A stretch of 64,000 bases of DNA from Candidatus Bathyarchaeia archaeon (GTDB lineage: Archaea > Thermoproteota > Bathyarchaeia > Bathyarchaeales > Bathycorpusculaceae), in the NCBI GenBank assembly GCA_038882955.1, contig JAVZNC010000003.1:32001-96000 (forward strand), in the 5' to 3' direction. Shown piece by piece: positions 20,777 to 30,243 of the stretch (position 1 is the first letter of the stretch; every line of letters starts with the position of its first letter). Position numbers and translations under genes: made by a program. The notes beneath the pieces were generated by a model that made no database searches, had not been told where the DNA came from, and saw only the letters and a list, made by a program, of their open reading frames with translations.

Positions 20777-20783
20777 CCCTTTA

Positions 20784-20802
20784 TTCGGGTTCTGAAGCCG
20801 AA
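20784..20802. promoter_or_regulatory. 19-bp palindromic motif, copy 1 (TTCGGGTTCTGAAGCCGAA)
   Basis: Matches TTCnnnnTCnGAnnnnGAA; upstream of the GT fusion gene. Confidence 0.55.
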
Positions 20803-20836
20803 TAATGTTCAATTTTTGAAAGAAAATTCATAAACA

Positions 20837-23800
20837 ATGTATCCAGCACACTCCAACGAGGAGGCTTCAGTGAAAAAGCTAAACGCGCAACCACTTGTTT
20901 CAGTCATAGTACCCACATACAACTCAAGCAGAAACATTGCGCAATGTCTCAAATCAATCCGGAACCAAACCTACAAAAGAGTTGAAATATTGATAGTTGA
21001 CCGCTGTAGCAGAGATAAAACAAAAAAGATAGCAGAAGAGCTTGGGGCAAAAGTTTTTCTACTTGATGGGGAAAGAAGCGAAGCAAGAAACTATGCCGCG
21101 AAAAAGGCTCGTGGGGATTTTCTTCTATTCATCGATTCGGATATGATGTTGACCCATGAAGTGATTGAGGCTTGTGTGGACTCATGTCTACGTCAAGGCG
21201 CTGATGCGGTGATTATACCGGAAAAATATGCTGGTTATGGCTTGCTGAGCGAATTAAGGAAAAGGGAGAAAAATTCTCTATCTGCGAATAGTGAGTTAAT
21301 GGAAATTCCACGTTTCTTTAAGAAAAGCGTTTTTCTTGAGCTAGGCGGCTATGACGAAGAGCTCGTGTGCGGAGAAGATTTCGAGTTTTTTCAAAGATTC
21401 AGAAAAGAAGGCTACAAGGTTTACAGAATAAGCCAAGAGATAATTCATTTTGAAGGAAAACTAACGTTAAACAAAATTTTTTCCAAAGCCTACTATTATG
21501 GTGAGACTATCCCTGCGCTGATAAAGAAAGAACCAACCAACACGATTAAAAGATACGCAACTTTGCGCTTAATATCCGTCAAAAATGCCAAATCATACTA
21601 TGAAAATTTCAGTTCGGCAATCGGCTTTTCTGTAATGAAAATTTTTGAACTCACAGCATACTTTCTCGGAATGCTCTCTGGCATAGCGAAATCATTTTCC
21701 GAAAAATGCAAGGATGGAGTATTAAGAGGCTTTTTAGTAAAGAATAAAACCGCAATCTTGAACATCTCAATAATTGTGGCAATTGCCACGGTGATTTTCA
21801 GAAATTTCCTATTCACTGATGAATGGCCTGGGGGCGGCGATGTTCTCGGTTTTGTTTCAAGAGCCTATTTGTATGGTAAAGATTTAAGATGGCTTTTGAT
21901 GTGGCGTCCATACTCCTTCGGCTTTGTTGAAGGAATAAACTTCATGGATTTTTTTCTAATGCTTCTATACTATGTTTTTAGAAGCCCTTCATGGACGGTT
22001 AAAGTGTTCATGTTCCTATCATATATTACAGCTGGCTTCTCCATGTACATCTTTGCCTACCGCTACACAAAATCTCACGTCGCATCACTCGCAGCCTCTT
22101 TAGTTTATATCCTAAATCAATGGCTGTTTTCGCAGTTAACAGAAGCCCACGTCGACATCATCTATAGCTACGCGTTGGCGCCGCTAATCTTTATAGCATT
22201 GGATAAGGCGCTGCAAATGGGCAAGCCAAAACACGTCCTTATTCTTTCCTTAAGCCTAAGCCTTTTCATAACTAGTTTTCATCCGGAATTCATAGTTATC
22301 TACGGTGTTTTCCTAACGCTGTTCACGGTTTTCTTGATATTTTATCCAGTCGCAATGGAAACTGTAAAAACTCGCTTTTTACGCTTTTTCAAAGTTGCTT
22401 TTCCATCAGCCCTTCTCGTCTTCGTGTTTTCAGCCTTCTTCCTAATCCCCTTCATAATCAACATTAGATCACCGTATTTTCATCCTTCCTACGAATATCC
22501 GTTAGAAGACGCCTACTCATGCAGTTACCAAAACTTGTTTGATGCTTTCGTTTTAAGGGCTGTGGAAAAATGGGGCTACAACAACATTTTAGACGTGAGC
22601 ACTCAAATAGGAATAGCAGACTTCCCGTTATACAATCTTCTCTTCATCTTATTCTTAATTTCCTACTGCACACTTTTAATTCGCAGAGACCGCTATACAG
22701 TTTTCTTTGCAGTTGCAATGCTGATTTCTGTTTTTGTTGCAAAAGGTCCAAACTCGCCTTTTGGACAATTTTTCATTTGGGCATGGTTCAATATCCCACA
22801 CTTTGCAATTTTTAGAGCAGCAAACCGATGGGTTGCAATGGCTATTTTTTCTCACGCCCTTTTTACTTCACTTTTGACATATTACCTAACGGACTACGTT
22901 AAAAGTAGGAAGTACGCCAAAATAAACGAGTTCTTATTTAAAGCGAGGTTGAAAGTTGGCAATTTCTCCAGAAATAAACTTGTCGTATTCTCCTTAGATT
23001 CCTTCAACGCCTTTTTGAAGAAAGTGCATAAACTCATCCATTTCATAAGCGTAATCCTTTTGATACTAATATTTATCAGCGGTTTTCTCGCATGCTCCTT
23101 CTTTCTCTTTCAAGGCGTGCATGTTTACACTCCACCAGAGCAGTACTTGGCTCCTTACGAGTGGCTTTCACTTCAACAAGATGACTACAAAGTAGTCTCC
23201 GTGGGCAGAAGTTCATACGAGTGGCTAGTCTCGCCAGATGAATATTCTGACTTTGCCTCAAGCGCCATGCAGACTACGCTTGGCTGGGGACATGACATAG
23301 GTTTTGACAGCGTCTTCATACATGACAAACCAGTTCTTCAAGACGGAGGCTGGAACTTTAGGGCGCGAAAGTTCGTTGACCATTTAAGATTCAGACTTGC
23401 AAGGGAACATTTAACCGACAACCTTTTCAAAATTTTGGGAACATTTGCCTACAAATACATAGTGATCCCGCCATACGCGACTAATAAAACTCGAGATTTC
23501 TTCTTAAGCCAAGAAGGCTATAGGGTAATTTACAACGATACAGCGTTAATTCTTCAAAACGAGTATGCCACACCAAGGTTTTTTGCAGTAACTAATTCGA
23601 TGCTTGTTGTTGGTGGGCTGGAATCTTTTGATGCGCTCTGCAAAATTGACAATTTCCGCCTAAATGAGACTGCCTTGTTCTTTGTGCCTGCACAAGGCGA
23701 TAGCGACTCCTTTGGAATAAAATTCATAGACAATTTCCAAATGATGAGTTTCGTTAACTCAGACATCCTAGATTTAGCGCTACTCTCCTATGTTGGCGAG

Positions 23801-25450
23801 AAAAGCTTTATCCTCGCTGGGGAATATGGCGCTTCAAGCATAAATTATACAGGCTATTGGATAAAGGGTTCTTCGTGGCGAATTTTAGGCGCGTTAGTCC
23901 TTAGTGGAGATACTTTGACAACATCTGGAAAGAACAGAATTGATATCCCCTTCGAGCTAGACGAGGGTGGACAACATGACTTCTGGTTAAGAATAGGATT
24001 TGCGCCCTGCCGTGGAAAACTAAACATATACGTTGACGGAGAGCCGATTCGAGAAATCCGTGCGGAAGCCCAGTTATGGTCTAAACTTTTATGGATTAAC
24101 GTGGCAAGGCTAGAATTAGTTAAGGGAAGGCATATTGTAACGCTAGAAAATGATGGAACGGGCTACAATGACATTGACGCGATAGCCTTCATTAAGCCCT
24201 CCGAACTTGAATCAAGAATAAAAGAAATAACAAGAACACTGCAGGATTTCTCTGGACGCATCCTATGTTTTTATGAAGCAGAAAACCTTTTCCTAGACTC
24301 TTCAGGCGGTGGATGGACGTGGACTTTAAAACCAAATGTTGGGTATATGATTCGTTCAGAAAGTTATGGCTTGAATGTTGCTCCGCTTGCTTCTGCAAGT
24401 GCAAGCTCAACAGGCTGGATAGGTGATTACCAGTTTGAGGCGCGTTACGCAAACGACGACAATGCACATACAAGATGGGCTTCCGAAAGAAGCGTGCTTC
24501 CGCAATGGCTAGAGTTAAGTTGGGAAAAGCCGCAACAAATTCTTGGTGTTCGCCTATTTTTTGAAGATGCTTATGCAAAAGATTACTTGATACAAACATG
24601 GAATGGCGCGGAATGGATAACCCAAATAGAGGTAGCCAACAACAGCGCACTTGAAAGAACCCACATATTTGCAGAACCCGTGGAAACACATAAACTTAGA
24701 ATTTTAGTCACGGAGTTTTCAATTCACGATTTAGCGAGCATATGGGAAATCCAAGCCTACGCGCCTGGCGCAACTTCCTCAGCAGAGATATTAGTGCCTC
24801 GTAGTGGAAATTATATGCTTGCCACAAGGATTTCAAAAGGTCCAAGCTATGGACAATTGTATCTTTCTTTGGATGATAAAGCCTACACTATACAATGCAC
24901 TGAGCCTATAACCACTGTTGAATGGTGTGAAATTGGACCATTTTCCCTTGAAGAAGGCCAACATCAAATAAGCGTTGGCGGGTCTGGGCCTGTTGAACTT
25001 GACAGCTTCATTCTTTACTCACTCGGAAATGGAGAAGAACACCTAGCACTAGACGACTTATTCGCTCCAAAAGGTGATGGAATATCCATAACATACGAAA
25101 AGGTAAATCCATGCCTTTTCAGAGCATATATTAATGCCAATGAAGCTTTTACGCTGATTTTTTCAGACACTTACGACCCGTTATGGAAGGCGTTTATTGA
25201 CGGCGAAGCTGTTTCCCCACACCTTGCCTATTCGATTGTTAATAGTTATTTTATAAACAGGACAGGACAATTTACTATAACCATATACTTTGCTGGACAA
25301 TTCTACGCTGATATGGGCTTAATCATATCCATATCCAGTTTCATCTCGGCTTTCATAGTGGCATCTGTCTTCGCGCTGCTTTCTTATAAAAGGCTCTTTG
25401 GAAAGCGCGGTTTCTGGAGGAGGCTTGCGTTTTGGAGGAGGGCAAGTTAA
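20837..25450 (+). CDS. Fusion glycosyltransferase: GT2 + polytopic GT-C (YfhO/AftD-like) + CBM-like and F5/8 type C (discoidin) domains
   Basis: N-terminal GT2 (VSVIVPTYNS, FIDSD, GEDFE), more than 10 TM helices, TRWASE..QWLELSW discoidin domain, YfhO-type C-terminus (DTYDPLWKAFIDG). Start may be GTG 20870 after GGAGG. Confidence 0.8.
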   Translation: MYPAHSNEEASVKKLNAQPLVSVIVPTYNSSRNIAQCLKSIRNQTYKRVEILIVDRCSRDKTKKIAEELGAKVFLLDGERSEARNYAAKKARGDFLLFIDSDMMLTHEVIEACVDSCLRQGADAVIIPEKYAGYGLLSELRKREKNSLSANSELMEIPRFFKKSVFLELGGYDEELVCGEDFEFFQRFRKEGYKVYRISQEIIHFEGKLTLNKIFSKAYYYGETIPALIKKEPTNTIKRYATLRLISVKNAKSYYENFSSAIGFSVMKIFELTAYFLGMLSGIAKSFSEKCKDGVLRGFLVKNKTAILNISIIVAIATVIFRNFLFTDEWPGGGDVLGFVSRAYLYGKDLRWLLMWRPYSFGFVEGINFMDFFLMLLYYVFRSPSWTVKVFMFLSYITAGFSMYIFAYRYTKSHVASLAASLVYILNQWLFSQLTEAHVDIIYSYALAPLIFIALDKALQMGKPKHVLILSLSLSLFITSFHPEFIVIYGVFLTLFTVFLIFYPVAMETVKTRFLRFFKVAFPSALLVFVFSAFFLIPFIINIRSPYFHPSYEYPLEDAYSCSYQNLFDAFVLRAVEKWGYNNILDVSTQIGIADFPLYNLLFILFLISYCTLLIRRDRYTVFFAVAMLISVFVAKGPNSPFGQFFIWAWFNIPHFAIFRAANRWVAMAIFSHALFTSLLTYYLTDYVKSRKYAKINEFLFKARLKVGNFSRNKLVVFSLDSFNAFLKKVHKLIHFISVILLILIFISGFLACSFFLFQGVHVYTPPEQYLAPYEWLSLQQDDYKVVSVGRSSYEWLVSPDEYSDFASSAMQTTLGWGHDIGFDSVFIHDKPVLQDGGWNFRARKFVDHLRFRLAREHLTDNLFKILGTFAYKYIVIPPYATNKTRDFFLSQEGYRVIYNDTALILQNEYATPRFFAVTNSMLVVGGLESFDALCKIDNFRLNETALFFVPAQGDSDSFGIKFIDNFQMMSFVNSDILDLALLSYVGEKSFILAGEYGASSINYTGYWIKGSSWRILGALVLSGDTLTTSGKNRIDIPFELDEGGQHDFWLRIGFAPCRGKLNIYVDGEPIREIRAEAQLWSKLLWINVARLELVKGRHIVTLENDGTGYNDIDAIAFIKPSELESRIKEITRTLQDFSGRILCFYEAENLFLDSSGGGWTWTLKPNVGYMIRSESYGLNVAPLASASASSTGWIGDYQFEARYANDDNAHTRWASERSVLPQWLELSWEKPQQILGVRLFFEDAYAKDYLIQTWNGAEWITQIEVANNSALERTHIFAEPVETHKLRILVTEFSIHDLASIWEIQAYAPGATSSAEILVPRSGNYMLATRISKGPSYGQLYLSLDDKAYTIQCTEPITTVEWCEIGPFSLEEGQHQISVGGSGPVELDSFILYSLGNGEEHLALDDLFAPKGDGISITYEKVNPCLFRAYINANEAFTLIFSDTYDPLWKAFIDGEAVSPHLAYSIVNSYFINRTGQFTITIYFAGQFYADMGLIISISSFISAFIVASVFALLSYKRLFGKRGFWRRLAFWRRAS

Positions 25451-26274
25451 AGGAATATTGGGATTATGTAGCTTTAGAGTCGAGGAACGTCGAACAGTGG
25501 CGCCGCTTAGAAAAGTGGAGGAAGGTTGCAAGAAATTGGCTTGCCGATTATGCTGATAAGAGGGCGTATGATTTCGTTCTGAAAGTCTTGGAAGATGCTA
25601 TTAGGCTGGATAAGTCTGCGAAGATCCTCGATGTTGGGTGTGGTCCTGGAAAGTGGTCGATGCTTCTGGCTAAGAGGTTTGGTTCAGTAACGGCTGTTGA
25701 CGTAAGTCCAGAAATGGTTTTGTTAGCCAAGGAAAACGCTGGGAAAAACAGCGTGTTTAATGTGAATTTCCATGTGATGGATGTTTCAAAACTGAATTTT
25801 CCATGTGGAGTTTATGACTTTGTTAATTGCGTAACAGTGCTGCAGCATATACTTGACGATGAACGTTGGCGGATGTCTATTCACGAAATAGTTAGAGTTA
25901 CAAGAACTGGCGGTTACGTGCTGCTTTTTGAAACTGCCCCCAGCATAGCCTTATTAAAACGTACACGACACCTTAAAATAAGAACTATGCAGCAGTACAT
26001 TAGCGAGTTTAAAAGCGCCGGGGCATCGCTTGTTTATTGGCGGGCTGTTGATTTATCCCTTCCCATAACACTTCTTGGATTAAGGGCTTATGCCGCGTCT
26101 TTCAACAAAAGAGTTTACTATTTCATTTCCAAGAGCAGATGGATTCCTGTTGGTCTTCTATCATTCTTGTCTTGGGTTGCAGCTTTATTAGCTGGACTTA
26201 TAGACTATCGCTTGGCGGAGACCCCGCTGAGTTTTCTTTCTTTTGGTAGAATTCTTCTTTTCAAAAAGAATTAA
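25432..26274 (+). CDS. Class I SAM-dependent methyltransferase
   Basis: ILDVGCGPG motif I and YDFVNCVTVLQHI; overlaps the upstream gene. Confidence 0.88.
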   Translation: MEEGKLKEYWDYVALESRNVEQWRRLEKWRKVARNWLADYADKRAYDFVLKVLEDAIRLDKSAKILDVGCGPGKWSMLLAKRFGSVTAVDVSPEMVLLAKENAGKNSVFNVNFHVMDVSKLNFPCGVYDFVNCVTVLQHILDDERWRMSIHEIVRVTRTGGYVLLFETAPSIALLKRTRHLKIRTMQQYISEFKSAGASLVYWRAVDLSLPITLLGLRAYAASFNKRVYYFISKSRWIPVGLLSFLSWVAALLAGLIDYRLAETPLSFLSFGRILLFKKN

Positions 26275-26285
26275 ACGCGTTTTTG

Positions 26286-26304
26286 TTCCAAGTCGGAAAC
26301 TGAA
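26286..26304. promoter_or_regulatory. 19-bp palindromic motif, copy 2 (TTCCAAGTCGGAAACTGAA)
   Basis: Matches the consensus; just upstream of a CTTAAA TATA-like box of the Dol-P GT2 gene. Confidence 0.55.
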
Positions 26305-26347
26305 GTCTCCTTAAAGCTCTTTTCTTCATCACTCCAAAAACGGACAA

Positions 26348-27106
26348 GTGGCTGTGAAAATGAAGTGCTACGTAGTTCTACCATGCTTTAACGAAGAAAA
26401 AAACATTAAACAGCTTATCCACGAGATAGACGCGACACTAAAACCTCACGTTCAATACGAGATAATAGCTGTTAATGATGGAAGTCGCGACAAAACTGGA
26501 GAAGTTCTAAAGGATCTTTCAACAGAATACCCAATTAGAGTTCTCCTGCATGATACAAATATGGGTTTGGGTGCCGCCTTGAAAACTGGGCTTATTGAAG
26601 CTGCAAATTTGGCATGTGATAACGATTTTGTTGTCACCATGGATTCTGATAATACCCATAATCCTAAGCATGTTCTTGACATGTTAAACTTTGCTTTTGA
26701 CGCCGACATCATTGTTGGTTCTCGTTATGTTGATGGTGGAAAACAACTGAACGTTCCTTTGCATAGAGTGATTCTGAGCAGGGGAATCAACTTTCTAGTG
26801 AAAAGCTTGTTCTGTTTACATGTTAGGGATGCAACCAGCGGTTTTAGGTGTTTTAGGGCGCGTTTGCTTAAGGTTTTATGCAGCATCTTTAAGGATAAGC
26901 TTATTGAATCGGAGGGTTTTGTTGCTTCTTTTGAACTTTTGTTGAAAGCTGTTCGTTTTGGTGGCGTTGTCAAAGAGATTCCGATTCTCTTGGATTATGG
27001 GAAAAAGGGCGGTGTAAGCAAAATGCGGTTGCTTTCGACGGTTTTTGGCTATTTGTCCTTGATTTTTAAGTTTAGGTTTTTGAATAATTCGAAACATTTT
27101 AGGTAG
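26348..27106 (+). CDS. GT2 glycosyltransferase, dolichol-phosphate sugar synthase (DPM1-like)
   Basis: VVLPCFNEE, VNDGSRD, TMDSDNTH, IVGSRY and DATSGFRCF motifs. Confidence 0.88.
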   Translation: MAVKMKCYVVLPCFNEEKNIKQLIHEIDATLKPHVQYEIIAVNDGSRDKTGEVLKDLSTEYPIRVLLHDTNMGLGAALKTGLIEAANLACDNDFVVTMDSDNTHNPKHVLDMLNFAFDADIIVGSRYVDGGKQLNVPLHRVILSRGINFLVKSLFCLHVRDATSGFRCFRARLLKVLCSIFKDKLIESEGFVASFELLLKAVRFGGVVKEIPILLDYGKKGGVSKMRLLSTVFGYLSLIFKFRFLNNSKHFR

Positions 27107-27142
27107 TTTTGTTTTTTGTTTGAGTATTCATTTTGGTTTTTA

Positions 27143-27187
27143 TTCTAAGTCTGAGTCAGAACCACTAAAAAATTTTTAATAAACGTT
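27143..27187 (+). promoter_or_regulatory. S-layer gene promoter: 19-bp motif copy 3 + A-rich BRE + TATA (TTTTTAATAA)
   Basis: TTCTAAGTCTGAGTCAGAACCACTAAAAAATTTTTAATAAACGTT; 36/45 identical to the reverse complement of 32861-32905. Confidence 0.65.
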
Positions 27188-27219
27188 GACACGCTTTCAT
27201 ACATGACCCATAAAGAGGA

Positions 27220-30201
27220 ATGAAAATGGAAAGAAGAAAGAAAATACTATCAATTTTGCTAATAGCAACAATCGCAGCAACACTCCTAACAACAACAATC
27301 TTCATAAAAACAACAGAAGCCACAGATCCCTCAAGCTGGTACATGACAGTAAACGGCGTACTTGCCACAGACTATTACTCGCTATACCCATTCAAAACCG
27401 ACAAAAGCCTAAAAATAGGCTTCTCAAAGTTCGGCGAAATGATCGACAGCAGCACAAACGTTGGTTTAGAATACCGTGACAGAGACGCATTTGCACCAGC
27501 AGCCGGCTCTAGTGTCCCAACAGAAATTGCAAAGCATAAGTGGATGAGCGGTTGGCTAATCAACATAACATACATGTCAACATCTGGCATAAGAAACATT
27601 TGGGCTATGGCTCAGCACGCTGACTTGGTGACTTATGGAAACAATTGGATACGCGTCCACAGCGGATACGGCTATGAAGGCGCGTTAACCGAGGCTGATG
27701 AAGATCCTAAAGACCCTGGAAAACTAATTAGCACTGGTACAGGCCCATATAACGGTGGGAGAAAAACCAATGGTACAGCAATAACAGAAGACATAATTGT
27801 CCTTTATAATGGTCCAAGAATGTTTGTTGCACGCACTGTTACGCACATTTATGACTGGGACCCATCATGGACTGAGGATGAACCGCTCGTGGATGTTGTT
27901 TTCACGTTCATCTTCAACAAGGTTAAGAAAGAGGTTATGGTGATAAAGGACATTAAAGAAGTTACAACAAAATTCGTTTTCGGACAGTTAACAGTGCCAG
28001 GGACAGCAGAGCAAAACGCAACCGTTAATGGCGCATTAATACAGTTCAGTAACAGAGGAGAATGGGATATTGGGCCAGCAAACACCTACGACAGCTACGT
28101 GCACTTCTACAGGGCTGCAAATGTCACAGAGCTTGCTATGGGCCTATCAACAGTTTACAACGAGGATTATCACTTGAACCCAACACTATATGAGGCACCG
28201 TGGCTTGGCATATCTAGTTATGGGCTCCAGCCTAGTTCTAGCGGAACATATGATGTGGCGCAAATAGTTGCTAAGGATAGGGCCTACGTTGGTTGGGCTG
28301 CCTTCTGGCCTTCAGTTTCAAACTGGCATGTGGATGCTGGCTACCAGAACAAATGGTGGAAATCTTTGAGTTATGGTGAAGATGCTGCTGACACGGCAAT
28401 AGAGCCTTTCATGTCGCCTTACATAATTGGCGAATGGGACTTCGTATTGACGAAAACTCCCGTGGATTCTGGTGGACGCCACTTTGACAGACAGTTTAGA
28501 GGAGTAACAGTTTACGGGTTAACTGACAACTGGAACGGTGATGACGCCAAACGTTCAGGCGGAAGCAATGTTCTAGACCGCGAAGTTTTGTATCAACTTG
28601 ACGAAGTTTTCAATCCGTGGGACTTGTACAGTGCAGTGCACAAGGATACCAAGAGGTGGGTGGAATTCCACACGGTAACGGCGGCTGAATATCAAAATGC
28701 GCAAACAAATCATGTTGACTTGAACATAACATTGACTTACACGCCAGTGAAATACTCTGCAATATGGGAGGAATACTGCAGTTTCAGCGAGAGGGTCGAG
28801 TGGGGAGGCGTCCGCAGAATACCCGTTAGAGCTGCTTGGATCACCTATGACTATGAATTGTACGTTGACGAGAATGGCGTTGGCGTAATAAACATTCCAT
28901 ACAGTAAGGTTCCAGCAGCAGGCACGGTAATAAAAATCCTATACTCAACAGACACTGATTGGGAAAGAACCGAGGAACTGGTCTTTGAATTCTCTGCGGA
29001 CGGCATCAATACGTTGAGCGGCAGAGATTATGAGAATTGGACTGACCCGTTAGGCGTCGCCCACAATGTAGGCATAGATGATATTGACATTAGCGCATCC
29101 ACAGATGCCGAAGAAGATTTTGAAGAAACCTTCACGTTCACCCTGTACGGATGGGAACAAGACTTCAAAGTTTTCAAGAACAGCACCTACCTGTGCAGTT
29201 GGGACTACAGTGAAGAAATGAAACAAGAGAGTACCAACGCGAATGTAACTCTCGAGTTTCTGGATGTTCACTGGCTAATCACAGCGCCTGAAACCGAAGA
29301 TGTTCACATATGGGAATTAGGCTTTAATGCAACAGTGGAAATCACAATAAGCTACAACGCAACAGAAACAGAAATGAACATAACCGTCACCGTAACCCTA
29401 GCGCCACCAGGAGAGTATGTTCCATCAGATGTGTTATACAGTGAAAGTGTTCCAGGACGCTATGAGTGGGTTGTTGTTGGCAATCATTCACGCGCTATAG
29501 ACTCCATAGGCGCAGCAATGGTAGCGGCAGCCTTCAAGAACAAGCAGGTGGAAATCGGCAACGGCGGCTTAGACATGATGGACGTGTGGGGCACCAACGT
29601 GCCATACTTACTCTCTGACATGGGCAATACTACGTGGCGTGCTGGTGGACCCGCATGGACAGACATTTACGACAGCATTGGAAGATTAGCTTACATAGAC
29701 GACTGGTGCACACGCTATCCAGTTTCAACTTCAAACATAATCACAGTGGCCGGTCCATCCGCCAACTTGTTCAGCGAATACTTCAACGAGTTCTCGCAGG
29801 CAATACAGATTTACGGCATAACAAGCGGCAACCTAATAGACGTAATATTTGCGCCCACATGCTGGAACACAACAAAAGCCAGCAACTACCTTGGACAATG
29901 GTACTACAAGAACAGCTGGTGGAACAGCAGCATAACTGGCTACGGTATAGGCGTAATATCAACTTACAAGGACATTAACGGCACGGTGGGCTTCCTAATC
30001 CACGGCTGGAGCGGCGACGACACATACTACACTTGCAAGTGGTTCCACGAGTACGGCATATACTACATGCAACGCTTAAACCGTGGAGTAACAACGCTTG
30101 TGCTACGAATAGACTACACAGAAGACCCACATTATCCAACAGTGACGGTACTCGAACACCTCGGAACAATAAGCGAGAAAATAGAGATACATGACCCATA
30201 A
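27220..30201 (+). CDS. Probable S-layer glycoprotein
   Basis: Sec signal peptide, many N-x-S/T sequons, and C-terminal NIITVAGPSAN...FLIHGWSGDDT resembling the S-layer C-terminal (LILVGGPxAN) signature. Strong promoter and terminator, flanked by glycosyltransferases. Confidence 0.7.
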   Translation: MKMERRKKILSILLIATIAATLLTTTIFIKTTEATDPSSWYMTVNGVLATDYYSLYPFKTDKSLKIGFSKFGEMIDSSTNVGLEYRDRDAFAPAAGSSVPTEIAKHKWMSGWLINITYMSTSGIRNIWAMAQHADLVTYGNNWIRVHSGYGYEGALTEADEDPKDPGKLISTGTGPYNGGRKTNGTAITEDIIVLYNGPRMFVARTVTHIYDWDPSWTEDEPLVDVVFTFIFNKVKKEVMVIKDIKEVTTKFVFGQLTVPGTAEQNATVNGALIQFSNRGEWDIGPANTYDSYVHFYRAANVTELAMGLSTVYNEDYHLNPTLYEAPWLGISSYGLQPSSSGTYDVAQIVAKDRAYVGWAAFWPSVSNWHVDAGYQNKWWKSLSYGEDAADTAIEPFMSPYIIGEWDFVLTKTPVDSGGRHFDRQFRGVTVYGLTDNWNGDDAKRSGGSNVLDREVLYQLDEVFNPWDLYSAVHKDTKRWVEFHTVTAAEYQNAQTNHVDLNITLTYTPVKYSAIWEEYCSFSERVEWGGVRRIPVRAAWITYDYELYVDENGVGVINIPYSKVPAAGTVIKILYSTDTDWERTEELVFEFSADGINTLSGRDYENWTDPLGVAHNVGIDDIDISASTDAEEDFEETFTFTLYGWEQDFKVFKNSTYLCSWDYSEEMKQESTNANVTLEFLDVHWLITAPETEDVHIWELGFNATVEITISYNATETEMNITVTVTLAPPGEYVPSDVLYSESVPGRYEWVVVGNHSRAIDSIGAAMVAAAFKNKQVEIGNGGLDMMDVWGTNVPYLLSDMGNTTWRAGGPAWTDIYDSIGRLAYIDDWCTRYPVSTSNIITVAGPSANLFSEYFNEFSQAIQIYGITSGNLIDVIFAPTCWNTTKASNYLGQWYYKNSWWNSSITGYGIGVISTYKDINGTVGFLIHGWSGDDTYYTCKWFHEYGIYYMQRLNRGVTTLVLRIDYTEDPHYPTVTVLEHLGTISEKIEIHDP

Positions 30202-30208
30202 CCGCAAA

Positions 30209-30234
30209 TTCCCAATTTTCTTTTTCCCCTTTTT
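30209..30234 (+). terminator. Archaeal oligo-T/pyrimidine-rich terminator of the S-layer gene
   Basis: ttcccaattttctttttccccttttt directly after the stop codon. Confidence 0.65.
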
Positions 30235-30243
30235 ATAAAACTT

